From Balanoglossus misakiensis (lineage: Eukaryota > Animalia > Hemichordata): 64,000 nucleotides of DNA. The number at the start of each line of letters is the position of its first letter. Within the stretch, counting starts at the first letter, position 1. The stretch covers positions 78,805 through 142,804 of the forward strand of contig JBECUI020000037.1 in NCBI GenBank assembly GCA_040954595.2, in the 5' to 3' direction. A model generated the notes under the pieces. It saw nothing but the letters and a program-made list of their open reading frames with translations. It had not been told where the DNA came from and did no database searches. Position numbers and translations under genes: made by a program. Shown piece by piece: positions 12,801 through 22,200 of the stretch.

Positions 12801-14867
12801 GGAATATATGAGATCCGGATAGAAGCGAGCAATAGTAGCTATAGCGGTGCCATAATGGCAGTTCTTTCAGGAACGGTAGCAAAAATTTTACTTCCCGACA
12901 ATGCATTCGCTTACGGTATTCTTGCCCGAGCACCGGGAAATACCGGAAGTACCATGACCTATCAGATACAAACAAATGACATTCCCGCCGATAGCGGAAC
13001 AATAGGATACAGCATGACTCCTTCTATCTCGGGTATAAGTATCAATGCAGGAACGGGGGAAATAACGGTGGATGATACCACCGTTCCGGGTGGATACCAA
13101 CTGCACGTTACCCTCTCCACCGACAACTATGTGGAACAATCAGTTGATCTGTATCTCTATGTTGGAGACAGTAATCTGATATACAAAGGAAACTTTAATG
13201 TAGCATCACAGGCATACTTTAGCATAGGAGATATTGCCAATCCGTTCCTTGTTAGTCTTGCAGATAGTACTGGAACGGGAATAACAGCAAGGCTGGTGAT
13301 AGGAGATGGAAGCAATACCTTGTACGATAGCGCAGATACAGCAGATACGGTTACGGTAGATACGGCAGGGAATGTCGGCATAGGTCCGATAGGAGCAAAT
13401 CAGCAAAGCATTGATTGGAACTGGGTGGCCTTGAGCGGAATAACAACGGTTCAGATAACGATCAGTGTAACCGACGGGAGTAATTCCGACAGTAAGACAG
13501 TTTCGATAGCAAAGAGTGGGGACGGTGATATTTACACATGGCGAGACCTTCAGGCAATGGCAGACAAGCTGGATGGTGCATACGAACTGAAATCGGATAT
13601 CGACTTTCCAACTAAGGGAACAATAGGACTAGCAACTACCGGATTTATTCCAGTTGGAGATACAACGACGACCTTTACGGGAAGTTTGAGCGGAGGAACA
13701 GGATATGTTATTCGAAACTTTGTCATAGACGATGTAACCAGAATTCGAGCAGGACTCTTCGGGGTAGCTACGGGAAATGTTGCAAGCAATCTTGTTTTTA
13801 TTGATCCTTCAGTGAGAGCACGGGCGGGAGCAGGGGTTCTTGCAGGGGAAGGAAGAAGTGGGACCGTAGAATCCATTCATATTCGGGTAACGAAACCGCA
13901 AAACGTTGTAAGCACAACCGGTTCAGCAACTTTTGTGAGCAGTAACACTGGTGCCTATGCCGGGGGCATAATGGGATACAGTAATCGCATGCATGTACGT
14001 CGGGCTGAAAATGGCGGAAATGTGAGTGGATCAAATGATATCGTTGGCGGACTTGTTGGTTGGTCCATAAATGCACAGGTGGAAGGCTGGACAAGCGGGG
14101 ATGTGCTTGGAGGTGATTTTGTAGGAGGACTTACAGGAAACATAAGTAATTCTCGTATTAGTGGCTACTCGCTTGGAAATATTACTGGTGAGGGCTTTGT
14201 AGGAGGACTGGTTGGAACCAACACCGCGAGCACCGTCTACGGCTATTCAAGAGGAATAGTGAGCGGGAGCAACTACCTTGGGGGACTGGTAGGAACTTCG
14301 AAAACTAACGTTATTGGATATAGCACTGCCACGATAGATGCAAGAAGCGATGGTTATTTGGGCGACCACTACAGTGGTGGCTTAGTCGGATACCTTGAGC
14401 TTTCAAAGGTACTGAAAGGACTTTCCTTTATTACAAGAACAGGGCCAAAGCGAAGAAGCACTGGAGGGTTGGCAGGTACTGTTAACTATGGACATAATCT
14501 GGAAGTATACGGCTATTTTAGTTTAGCTACTACCGGATTAGCCGCTAATAGAGGGATAACTTTCCCAGGGGCTTTGAAAGCTTCCGAATATGGACCGCTG
14601 TCGAGTGAGAGCAGTCTTGAAAGACGCGGAATGGGCACACCCGACGATCCGTATACCTACTGGGACGACGATGGCGATTCTACTACCTCAACTGCCGGTA
14701 CACAACTCTTTACGAATACAAATGGGTTTACCATTCATCAGAGCACAGGAGGAACAGATGAGCATTTGGGAGACTGGGTCTGGTTGGGGAACGGCAAAGC
14801 ACCAAACCTCTGGGATACGGATGACAAACGCTACTTTGGCGATCAGCCCGAGTATAAGGAAGAATAA
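6825..14867 (+). CDS. Giant surface lipoprotein (~2680 aa): FN3/Big_2 repeats, Ig-like stalk, C-terminal GLUG-motif region
   Basis: Uninterrupted ORF. MRSVLIATTLFVVFFAFVFSC signal/lipobox, FN3 motifs (W..P, Y.V.I.A.N), Big_2 motifs (W.S.D..I.TV), repeated VGGLVG motifs near the C-terminus. Confidence 0.9.
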   Translation: MRSVLIATTLFVVFFAFVFSCGGTATSGNIPDPVNALSAHFRAGDSITVSWQAPTTGEHSYSVIIRDPNQDIIAEVTATSPSHTFEGLLFAPNTIYTVEVSTVSGESSSPVVQITLPATGDVVDAGSTADNIATLLGNNPSNEITVTWDAPNNLVQQPTGYTIHLTPAGGETQEILIDDASKVSHTISGLEPQVEYSVAVSVRYNNGRSTIITAPERIQTSVAPLTITRDVSSTAINLSWNPIAPDLTYSVYLSTEAPSTVDILIDDANKQDAAIFDSLLNEWSLYIDGLTAAMTYYITVSATGGEIVENSGILSIETQASGERAPEIVSSITKLLSEKTRGSLAFSWKDVQGTDIDGNHVPSIYTVQYRKFGTTEWKNESVSSPTSGNPTVTLTELDEAAEYLIRIQAVNSTNDTLISGWSEEVTLAANGIKPFVIQDGGGNAIERHTITLGNQYTLILSAGTFVNVENTEVRWASTDESIVTVTDAGRIHAVGSGNVSISATAGADPSNTDSVVITVPPVQIEGIASARAITLSWHSVPGVQYEVYRTSTASTSAESVVQQANRVSLTPTSSDGTETVTIDGLNPQTDYYVVVTLIGGAINEMSSLLTITTNSVQATKPGEVNEIKKNLSEKTIGSLTITWTQEDRQGTNTTGNFVASIYEVEYRKVGTIDWISAPVVPVGEALSRTFSGLDETENYEVRIRALNSSDQTLAGDWSVAGPVLANGIKPFVIQDIDGNSITELDLGLGQTTRLSLAAGTFVNVANTRVLWESSSNTVVTITDTGRIAVVGSGEAIITATAEADDSKSDTVRITVPKLNVLFTSAAGSIVLSWHSIPSVSYAVYRTTTVSTTAEEVIQEANRLSLSPVSSEGKETITMGGLSPRSTYYIVVTVTGNSIDENSELLIVSTAGVEATNPGEVNEIRKDLGVKTIGTLKITWTQEDRQGTDTAGNFVASSYEVEYRKVGAIDWISAVAIEENLSKTLSGLDGTENYEVRIRALNSSNQTLASEWSVAGPFPANGIRDLVIHDANGAVATLTVPVGTSTQLQIPSDTWVNVENRNVLWTSGDPSIIRVSNGLVTALSDGSSTVQAVADADDTKRVEITIDVPGFGTITPRVTRTSIDFNWESITSVPLTYRVYLSTSETDLISEGNKHTPTLSGNTWSIHIGGLNPESNYFAIITATSIDISVQSPVLPIRTEDSQAEAPPSVANVAKDLTEQGLGALKITWDAVQGKDIDGSLVASKYNIQYRLHGTTTWTEVDSDTPSITLSSLAGAEEYDVQIRAVNSLVTYLTSNWSSVITLKANGIGSIRISKADGSELTEVDRTILIPNTLALSADLVAENISDRGVQWGVENANPTVAGETVATISTDGVVTAVSSGTIEVTVVSVLDTSKSDRITLTVDSQAEAPPSVANVVKDLTEQGFGALKITWDAVQGKDVDGSLVASKYNIQYRLHGTSTWTEVDSDTPSITLSSLAEAKEYDVQIRAVNSIIPSLMSNWSAEVTLKANGIDSIRIIKADGSELTQEGLFTSNTLALLASFVAENISDHGVQWGVENENPTVAGETVATIGTDGLVTTVSPGTIEVTVVSVLDSSKTDRITLTVIQAPTAPTVPRIGTVNFVAVDTDGTYRLTVDWSEPTDPGMLLGGGPATIIGYTLSWGSGQQEVGNVLSYTITGLDPDTIYSITVIARNEGAESPASVAVQTQRVLNIPVADLPYYDQPISKVYGTASASYNLQKDALGDYQQASQWRYQLSSVTPQQSGFSVQDYDNDLLHYNHGLLSIANTVPVGIYQIETRITRNNYWGEIIVNAEVRITAIQLSNYRMEYGPLADAREGVAQSYHPSVNTIPSAAAATYSITALSGSLPVGISIDADGTIQVADSLLPATYPVRVTATPTTSNYGGTLTTDLVITVVEATAITGSISYPVIDHPYNDADPKTYTPTVVDLPSGLTADLLSYRITSVRRNDIDIPSYAGIITIDAAGIITISTTAQAGIYEIRIEASNSSYSGAIMAVLSGTVAKILLPDNAFAYGILARAPGNTGSTMTYQIQTNDIPADSGTIGYSMTPSISGISINAGTGEITVDDTTVPGGYQLHVTLSTDNYVEQSVDLYLYVGDSNLIYKGNFNVASQAYFSIGDIANPFLVSLADSTGTGITARLVIGDGSNTLYDSADTADTVTVDTAGNVGIGPIGANQQSIDWNWVALSGITTVQITISVTDGSNSDSKTVSIAKSGDGDIYTWRDLQAMADKLDGAYELKSDIDFPTKGTIGLATTGFIPVGDTTTTFTGSLSGGTGYVIRNFVIDDVTRIRAGLFGVATGNVASNLVFIDPSVRARAGAGVLAGEGRSGTVESIHIRVTKPQNVVSTTGSATFVSSNTGAYAGGIMGYSNRMHVRRAENGGNVSGSNDIVGGLVGWSINAQVEGWTSGDVLGGDFVGGLTGNISNSRISGYSLGNITGEGFVGGLVGTNTASTVYGYSRGIVSGSNYLGGLVGTSKTNVIGYSTATIDARSDGYLGDHYSGGLVGYLELSKVLKGLSFITRTGPKRRSTGGLAGTVNYGHNLEVYGYFSLATTGLAANRGITFPGALKASEYGPLSSESSLERRGMGTPDDPYTYWDDDGDSTTSTAGTQLFTNTNGFTIHQSTGGTDEHLGDWVWLGNGKAPNLWDTDDKRYFGDQPEYKEE
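10422..11630 (+). repeat. Recent in-frame tandem duplication (~609 bp) of an FN3+Big_2 module
   Basis: DSQAEAPPSVANV.KDLTEQG...DRITLTV starts at 10422 and again at 11031 with near-identical DNA. An older module pair lies at ~8680-9010 and ~9570-9890. Confidence 0.9.
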
Positions 14868-14883
14868 GTACAAAATACGCTCC

Positions 14884-14920
14884 AGCCCCTTTCCACCAAG
14901 GAGAGGGGTTTGCTTTGTTT
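14884..14920 (+). terminator. Intrinsic terminator after giant lipoprotein 1
   Basis: AGCCCCTTTCC-ACCAA-GGAGAGGGGTT hairpin followed by a T-rich tail. Confidence 0.7.
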
Positions 14921-14981
14921 GTGGAAGGAGTAGGTGAAGTTTTGTGATGGTTTTCCATTCATTATTTCATCTACTTTTTTT

Positions 14982-16040
14982 GTATAAGCCCCGCCATCCA
15001 TAGGTGTTATTTAAGTCAAGTTTTTTTTAGTATAAGTTCCCCCATCCACAGCCCCCACCCATCAGGGGCGGTATAACGTACTACTGCGAAATATGGCTGT
15101 TTGCTTAAACCTTTGCTCCGCCAGTGCAGAAAAATCGCCACGCCCCCTTGCTAAACTACTACACAAATGTTAAGTAGTTTTTTTGTATAATCTTTCCCAT
15201 CCACAACCCCCACCCATCAAGGGGCGGTATTAAGAACTACCACAAAATCTGCCCCTTTGCTTGAGGTTTGAGCGAAGGAATTGATCTTGTAGGGTGGTTT
15301 TTCTGATAATTTTTACTTAAAATTATACTTAAATTTTTAGTATAAGCCCTCCATCCACAACCCCCACCCATCAGGGGAGGTATCAAGAATTACAGTAAAA
15401 TCTGCCTGTTTGATTGAGGTTTGTGCGGGATTTTGATGTCTGAAAAGGCGTCTTCTCTCAATGTTTACTTAATTTTTTACTTAAATTTTATGTATAAGCC
15501 CCGCCATCCACAGCCCCCACCCATTAGGGGTGGTATAACGTACTACTGCGAAAAGAGGCTGTTTGATTGAAGTTTGTGCGGGATTTTGATGGCTGTAGGG
15601 GCACCTTCTCACAATGTTTACTTAAAATTATACTTAAAATTTAGTATAAGTTCCCCCATCCACAACCCCCACCCATCAGGGGTGGTATCAATAATTACCA
15701 CAAAAAGTGGCTGTTTGCTTGAGCCTTTGCCTGGCAGGCACACAAGAATCTCCGTGCACTCCTGCTAAACTACTACACAAATGTTAAGTAGTTTTTTTGG
15801 TATAAGCCCTCCATCCGCAACCCCCACCCATCAGGGGCGGCATCAATAACTACCACAAAACGTGGCTGTTTGATTGAACCTTTGCTCCGCCAGTGCAGAA
15901 AAATCGCCACGCCCCCTTGCTAAACTACTACACAAATGTTAAGTAGTTTTTTTGGTATAAGCCCCGCCATCCACAGCCCCCACCCATTAGGGGTGGTATA
16001 ACGTACTACTGCGAAAAGAGGCTGTTTGATTGAAGTTTGA
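14982..16040 (+). repeat. Tandem array of a ~152-156-bp mosaic non-coding repeat: 6 full units, a 3'-truncated 7th and a short 5' remnant
   Basis: The core GTATAA(GCCCCG/GTTCCC)CCATCCACA(G/A)CCCCCACCCAT(C/T)AGGGG(C/T)GGTAT starts at 15030, 15185, 15340, 15492, 15644, 15800 and 15955; remnant at 14982. Confidence 0.95.
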
Positions 16041-16182
16041 ACCAGATTTTTATCTTTTTTTTTCCATACATTATTTCCCCTAAAAAAGAAAAAAAGCCGT
16101 TTAAAAACAAGTGTTATCTCTATAATAAATATTTTTAATAGGTGAGGGGGGTAGAATATTTTTAGTCTTTTTCAGAAAATAC

Positions 16183-16213
16183 TTGACTTTTCAACATTAT
16201 TTTGTATTATTAT
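16183..16213 (+). promoter_or_regulatory. Putative sigma70 promoter of giant lipoprotein 2
   Basis: TTGACT plus TATTAT (16- or 19-nt spacer), GGAGG at 16226-16230, ATG at 16237. Confidence 0.6.
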
Positions 16214-16236
16214 ATGTAACCCTTTGGAGGATGTCT

Positions 16237-19200
16237 ATGCGTGTATTATCTATATCTGTTTTGGCACTAGGTCTCATACTTAGTGGGATTGTCTCCTGTG
16301 CTGATACTGGAATTATTAGTGTTTCGCCTGTTCCCTCTGTTACGAAGGTATCGGCTTGGTTTGTTGACGGGTATACTGTCCGTGTCGAATTTACTGCCGC
16401 GGAACCCGCTGTGAACTATCGTGTTCAGTTGACTCCTGATAGTGGGCTTCCCATCAATAAAATGGTTCCCAACACCGGTGCCGGAGTCCTCTCACTATCG
16501 GTTGCCTTCGATACTGATGAGTTAGCAGCAAACACGAACTATACCATCTCGGTTATTGCTGTAAACCAGGAGGGTATCGAGTCTTCAGCAACTGTAGCAG
16601 CAGAGCGACTGCAGACTGGTAGTAGCTTAGATGCTCCTTCAAACTTGCAGGTAACTGCAGCAGTAGGAATGCTTACTGTACAATGGGACGCTCCTGCAGG
16701 AGATCCGGTTATGTCCTATACCGTCACACTCACCCCACCGGGTGGAGAGGCACAAGAGCATACGACTGACAAGACATTTATCGATATCACTGGACTTGAT
16801 GATGAAACCGAATATGATGTAAGGGTTGTCGCAAACATAGATGATGGAAGAACATCCACCAGTGTCCGACCCGTCTCAGGCCCGGTAAAGACACCGCGCA
16901 TCATTGCCGGCATTACCAATCTCACGGCAAGAGATGCAACCACAGCTACTGATGTACAACTTCTCATAGAATGGACTCCCTCAGTAACAACCGGAATTAC
17001 CCACTATGCCATTTCTCTGATACCGCTTACAGTCGATGTGCCCGAATTAACATACGAACCGACACCAGCAGAGCTGGTAGCAGAAGATAATGGAAATGTT
17101 TCCTACACTGTCAGTGGCTTACGCAGTACAGTCGAGTATACTGTTTCGGTGGTTGTCCATACAGCAGACGGAGAATCACTGCCAACAACAATTTCCATTA
17201 CCACCGGGAATAACGACCAATCGGGACCACCGGGAGCAGTTAGCAATATCAGGAAAGATAGCGACTACCAAGCAAGCAATGCCATGCGTATTATCTGGAC
17301 TGCAGGAACACCCGGTACAAGAGCCAACGGAGCAGAGGCTGCAACGAGCTATACCGTGGAATACTACAGTGAAGCACGTTGGAACCCGGTTGATGAAGTA
17401 CTCACTGAACAGGTAAGCATCGAGAATCTTCTTGGTGCACAGGAATACCGTATCCGCATCCGAGCATGGAATGCGGACTATCCCAATGATGAAAACAAAG
17501 CAAGCGAATGGACAGAAGGACAGGTTATGAGTAACGGCGTTCGTTCGGTGAGTATTCAAAGCGGCGGTGCTGATGCAGGAGAAGAACTTGCAATGAAAAA
17601 TGGGGATGAACTGATCTTGCATGCCCTTGTTGACGGAGAGAACGTCATTGAAAGCGTTCGATGGGAGAGTAGTGCAACACTTGTAGCGACAATTTCAGAA
17701 CAGGGCGAGGTCGTCGCAAACACAGAAGGAGAGACAATTATTACCGCATTTGCTGATGCAGACAATACGGTACAAGATAGCCTGACCATTCGAGTTACCT
17801 TACAGGAAGCAGTCGCACCGCAACCGGTCAGTGATCTGAGACAGGTTGGAAGTGAGGGAGCAGTTGATGGGCAAAGCATTACCCTTACCCTTGAATGGAC
17901 AGCACCAACTGATGCCGGGAGGCAAGAAGGGGGCATCCCTGCTGAAATAAGCGGATACACGCTGTATTGGCATGAAGGAAGCAGTTATGCCAGCGAACAG
18001 GTCAGTGCTGAAACAACACGGACAGGGATTACTGATAGCACGATTCGCATAGATGGGTTCACTGGCAAAACGGCGTATGTCTTTGTTGTTGTAGCACATG
18101 CAAATAGCGGCATGAGTAGTTCGGAAAGTACCGCCCTGAGCATAGAGACTGCAGCACTCAATCGTCCCCCCGGTTCAGTTAGAGGTGTTAATGCTGAAGC
18201 AACGGAGGATAGTTTAACTCTCTCATGGTCAGCGGTCGCCCCAGCTCTTCTGGAAAGTGGCGAAGCGGTGGAAAGTAGCTATTTTGTATACCTGTCATCC
18301 AACACAGCCGATACGGCAGAAGCATTTATTGCAGGAGCGACCCTGCAAGCGGATAACGACCACAGTGATACCAGCATTACCATAAGTGCATTACAAGCAG
18401 CAACAAGCTATTATGTTCTTATTATCGCACGAGGTGGGGAGCAGGAGAGTATGAGTGAGATATTCTCCTTTACCACGCGAGCACAGGTTGACCGTTCGAC
18501 GAATCCCGGGAAACCAAGCAATATTCAGAAAGACTTGAGTAACACAGCAATCAATACCCTGAGCATTGTCTGGACGGAGGGAACAAAGGGAAAGGCTATT
18601 GATGGAACAACGGAGATGGATAGCACCTTTGAGATAGAGTATCGACAAGATGGCGGGGCTACAGAATGGGTTGAGACAAGCGACAGTTCGGTAGAACTCA
18701 CCGGACTTGTCGGAGGTGGAGTCTATCTAATACGCATACGAGCATACTGGGACGGAACACACGAAAGCGGATGGACCGATGAGGTATCACTTCGAAGCAA
18801 CGGTGTTGCATCAGTTAGCATAGACCAGCAAGCACCGAGCGTGATACGCGGAGAAACGCTGAACCTTACGGCAACCGTAGATGCCGAGAATGTATCCGAG
18901 ACTCTTCTTTGGACGAGTACGGATGAGGGGATCGCTACAGTTGATAGCACAAGCGGTGTGGTAACCGGACAGAATGCAGGAACAACGACCATCCGTGCAG
19001 CGGCAACAGCCGATAGCAGCATCTATGATGAGCTAAGGGTGGTGGTAGAGCTTCCGAGTTTGAGTGGAAGTTTGAGTTATGATACGAGCGTGAATGCAAT
19101 CTACGGCGAGCAGGCGAGTTATGCAGCACAATTCTCTGATACGAACATTAATCCGGCAGATTTGGACTATGAGATACAGGTAATTAAAGACGGAGCACTT

Positions 19201-22200
19201 ATTACTGACAGCATCAGTATGTCCGCAAGCGGGAGCATGATCGTCAGTAGCACAGCAGATGCAGGACAGTATACGGTAACGGTGAGTGCAGGATCGCTTG
19301 CGAACTATGCAAATAGTCTCAGTAGCGGGGCTTTCACTCTTGTTGTTTTGCAGAAAGACATAGCAGGGTATAGCTTAAGTTATTCGATACCGACAACCGA
19401 TGTTGCAGGTGGAGTGTATCAAACAACAACGGATATCCCAAGCGATGCAGGGGTACGATACAGCATGAGTAGCCAGTCGGGAGATTTAAGTGGGATAATT
19501 AGCATTGAAGCGACGAATGGGGAGATTCGGGTATCGGCAACAGCAGCATCTGATATATACGGTCTTTTGGTAACAGCAACGGCGACAGGGGCAAACTACA
19601 GCGGGAGTGTTTCGATAACAGTGAGTATAACCATTGTCGACCCACCTCTTACAGCCCAGATAATCTATGAGAGTGAAGATGCGGTTTACCGGACAGAGAG
19701 AAGCTATAGAATAGTAGCCGTAAGCGGATTGCCGGCAGGGCTAAGAAGAAGTGATCTCAGTTACAGTGGCAACGGCGGTGCGGGCATTACCGTGAGCAGT
19801 GATGGGACAATAGAGATTGCAGCAAGTGTAATTCCCGGAACCTACACGGTACAAGTAGTTGTCTCAGCAGATGGCTATGCCTCGCTTGATATTGACATAG
19901 TAAGGACGGTAACCTCAGCGGTATTAGCGGATTACTATACGCCTGCCTATGATCTTGTAGCAGTTGTTCCCAATGAACAGAAAACATTTTCGGTAGTGGG
20001 GACATTGCAGGATGTAACATTATTGTACAGTCTTAGCTCAACCGAACAGATAGTCATAGATGCAATGAATGCCGGCGATATTCTCATTGACCCAGTAACG
20101 GGAGCCATTAGCATACAAAATCTTACAACTGGCACCTATAGCGGTACTGTAACGGCAACAGCAACAGGAGGATACTATGGTGGCAGTAGTAGTGCGGAGG
20201 TAGATATTTTTATACTTCCACCACTTCCTCCAGGTGCAACATTGGTCGCATATCCAGTGTCAGCTGTACGATACGGAGAGACTATATCCTTTGATGGCGT
20301 TGTAACCAACATGCCTACTGAAATTACCAATAATTATACGTATTCAATCGGTGATGTCAAAAAGGATGGGCAGAGCATTGCTAATCCAGGATTTGAAGTA
20401 CGTTCAGTAGGGTTTAATGCACCATCAGGATTAGCTTCATGGAGGGCGTATAGTACTGGTGTTATACCCCTTGGAAGCTATGAGGTTGCCATTATTGCAA
20501 GACAGGAAGACTATGTAGGGCAGTTGTCTGTTACGGTGCAGATAACAATAGACCCGGCAGTGCTAAGTGGGAATTTTGACTATGGCATAGTGGATATTAT
20601 ACCCTTTGGAACAGGTAAGACAGTTCCGATACAGAATAATAACTTTCCCGGAGAGGTAACTTACAGTCTCTCAGCGCTTGATCCGCAGACAACCGGCATT
20701 ACAGTTGATGCAATGAGCGGGAGCATAACGATTGCTGATACCGTACCGGTGAATACCTATAACCTAACGATTACTGCGACATCATCAGTAGCAGAGTATA
20801 CAGGAAGCGTAGACACTGTTCTTTCTATTGCTGTTTTAGCAGATAGCCGTATCACTCTAAGCTATAAACCGGAAATGGGGGCAGGGGCACAGGAGTATTT
20901 TAGTATCGGAGACTTTGATAATGCCTTTCTCTGGATTATTGAGGGGGTATCCGATGCATCCGGAATAACGGCAGACGTACGTATACTCAATGCGGCGGAT
21001 AATTCCGAAGTGCATAACAAAGCGGCAGATATAACTGCCGGAACAGATGAAAACGGGGGTTCTATTGTCGGCATTGGTTTGGGTTTGCAGTATAGCGACT
21101 GGGCAGGCATCCCTGCGAATGTAAGAATGGAGATAACTGTAACCGACAGTGGCGGAACAGCAGTCCCGGTATTGATGAACAAGCAGAAAAGCAGTAGTGG
21201 CGATCTCTACAGTTGGCGCGACTTGCAGGCGATGCAACACAATTTGAGCGGGAGCTATCGGCTACGTTCTGATATTCAATTCCCGCCTCCTGGAAGCTAT
21301 TCATTTCCGATTTCCGGATTTGTACCGATTGGTCCTAGTAGCACAAACACCTTTCAGGGAAGCCTAAGTGCTCTTGCTGATGATGGGACACGTCATGCTA
21401 TCAGCGATTTCTATATTGATGATGCCAGTCTGGACTACGCAGGTATTTTTGGTAGTAGCACTGGGGTAATTACTGATCTGATATGTATTGATCCCTATAT
21501 CAACGCGAATGTCTATGTTGGGGTTATTGCGGGTGAAATCGTCGCTTCTTCTCAGCCGAAATTGGCCCTACGAAATGTCAGTGTACGAATAGAAGATCGA
21601 ACAGGAGAGCATGTTCATAGCAACATGACCATAGGGAACTACAGTCATATAGGAGGGATTGCCGGTAGCGTTGGGAACAATAATCAGTTGTTCGCTATTG
21701 ATAGTGCAGCAACAGTGATGGGGGAAAGAAATACCGGGGGACTAGTGGGTAAAGATGATGGTGCAACGATTGTTGGATGGACAACAGGAGATGTAACCGG
21801 TGGTACTAGTGTAGGAGGTCTTGTCGGGAGGATTACAGATGATACTACTACTAGTAGTTCAGTCATAATAGGTTATGCAACGGGGTCGATTACTGGTGAC
21901 CTCCGAGTAGGTGGACTGGTTGGTGATAGCCTCAGCACTAGTACGATAACCGGGTATATGACCGGGAGTGTCACCGGCGATAACAATGTTGGAGGGCTTG
22001 TTGGTCGTCATGCGGGATCTCTAGTCGGCTACAGCACTGCTACAGTTAGTCGAAGTAGCGGAACAGGTACTGTGCTCGGAGCTGTTATTGGGAGAAATAA
22101 TTATAGTACGGTAAATGCTTATTTTGATAGAACCGCAGCAGGCACTGAATACGCATCGGGGGCACAACTCAATGCAATAGGAGATGGTACGCTAGCAAAT

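Noticed and set aside
15574-15768. Small ORFs with YLKLYLKF/IITTKSGC (also 2515-2712, 2700-2975, 6321-6554)
   Set aside because: They are translations of the non-coding repeat; the frame is not kept between units and there is no RBS.
15030-16040. CRISPR array interpretation
   Set aside because: The period is ~154 bp, the 'spacers' are homologous to each other and recur, the core is degenerate, and there are no cas genes in the window.
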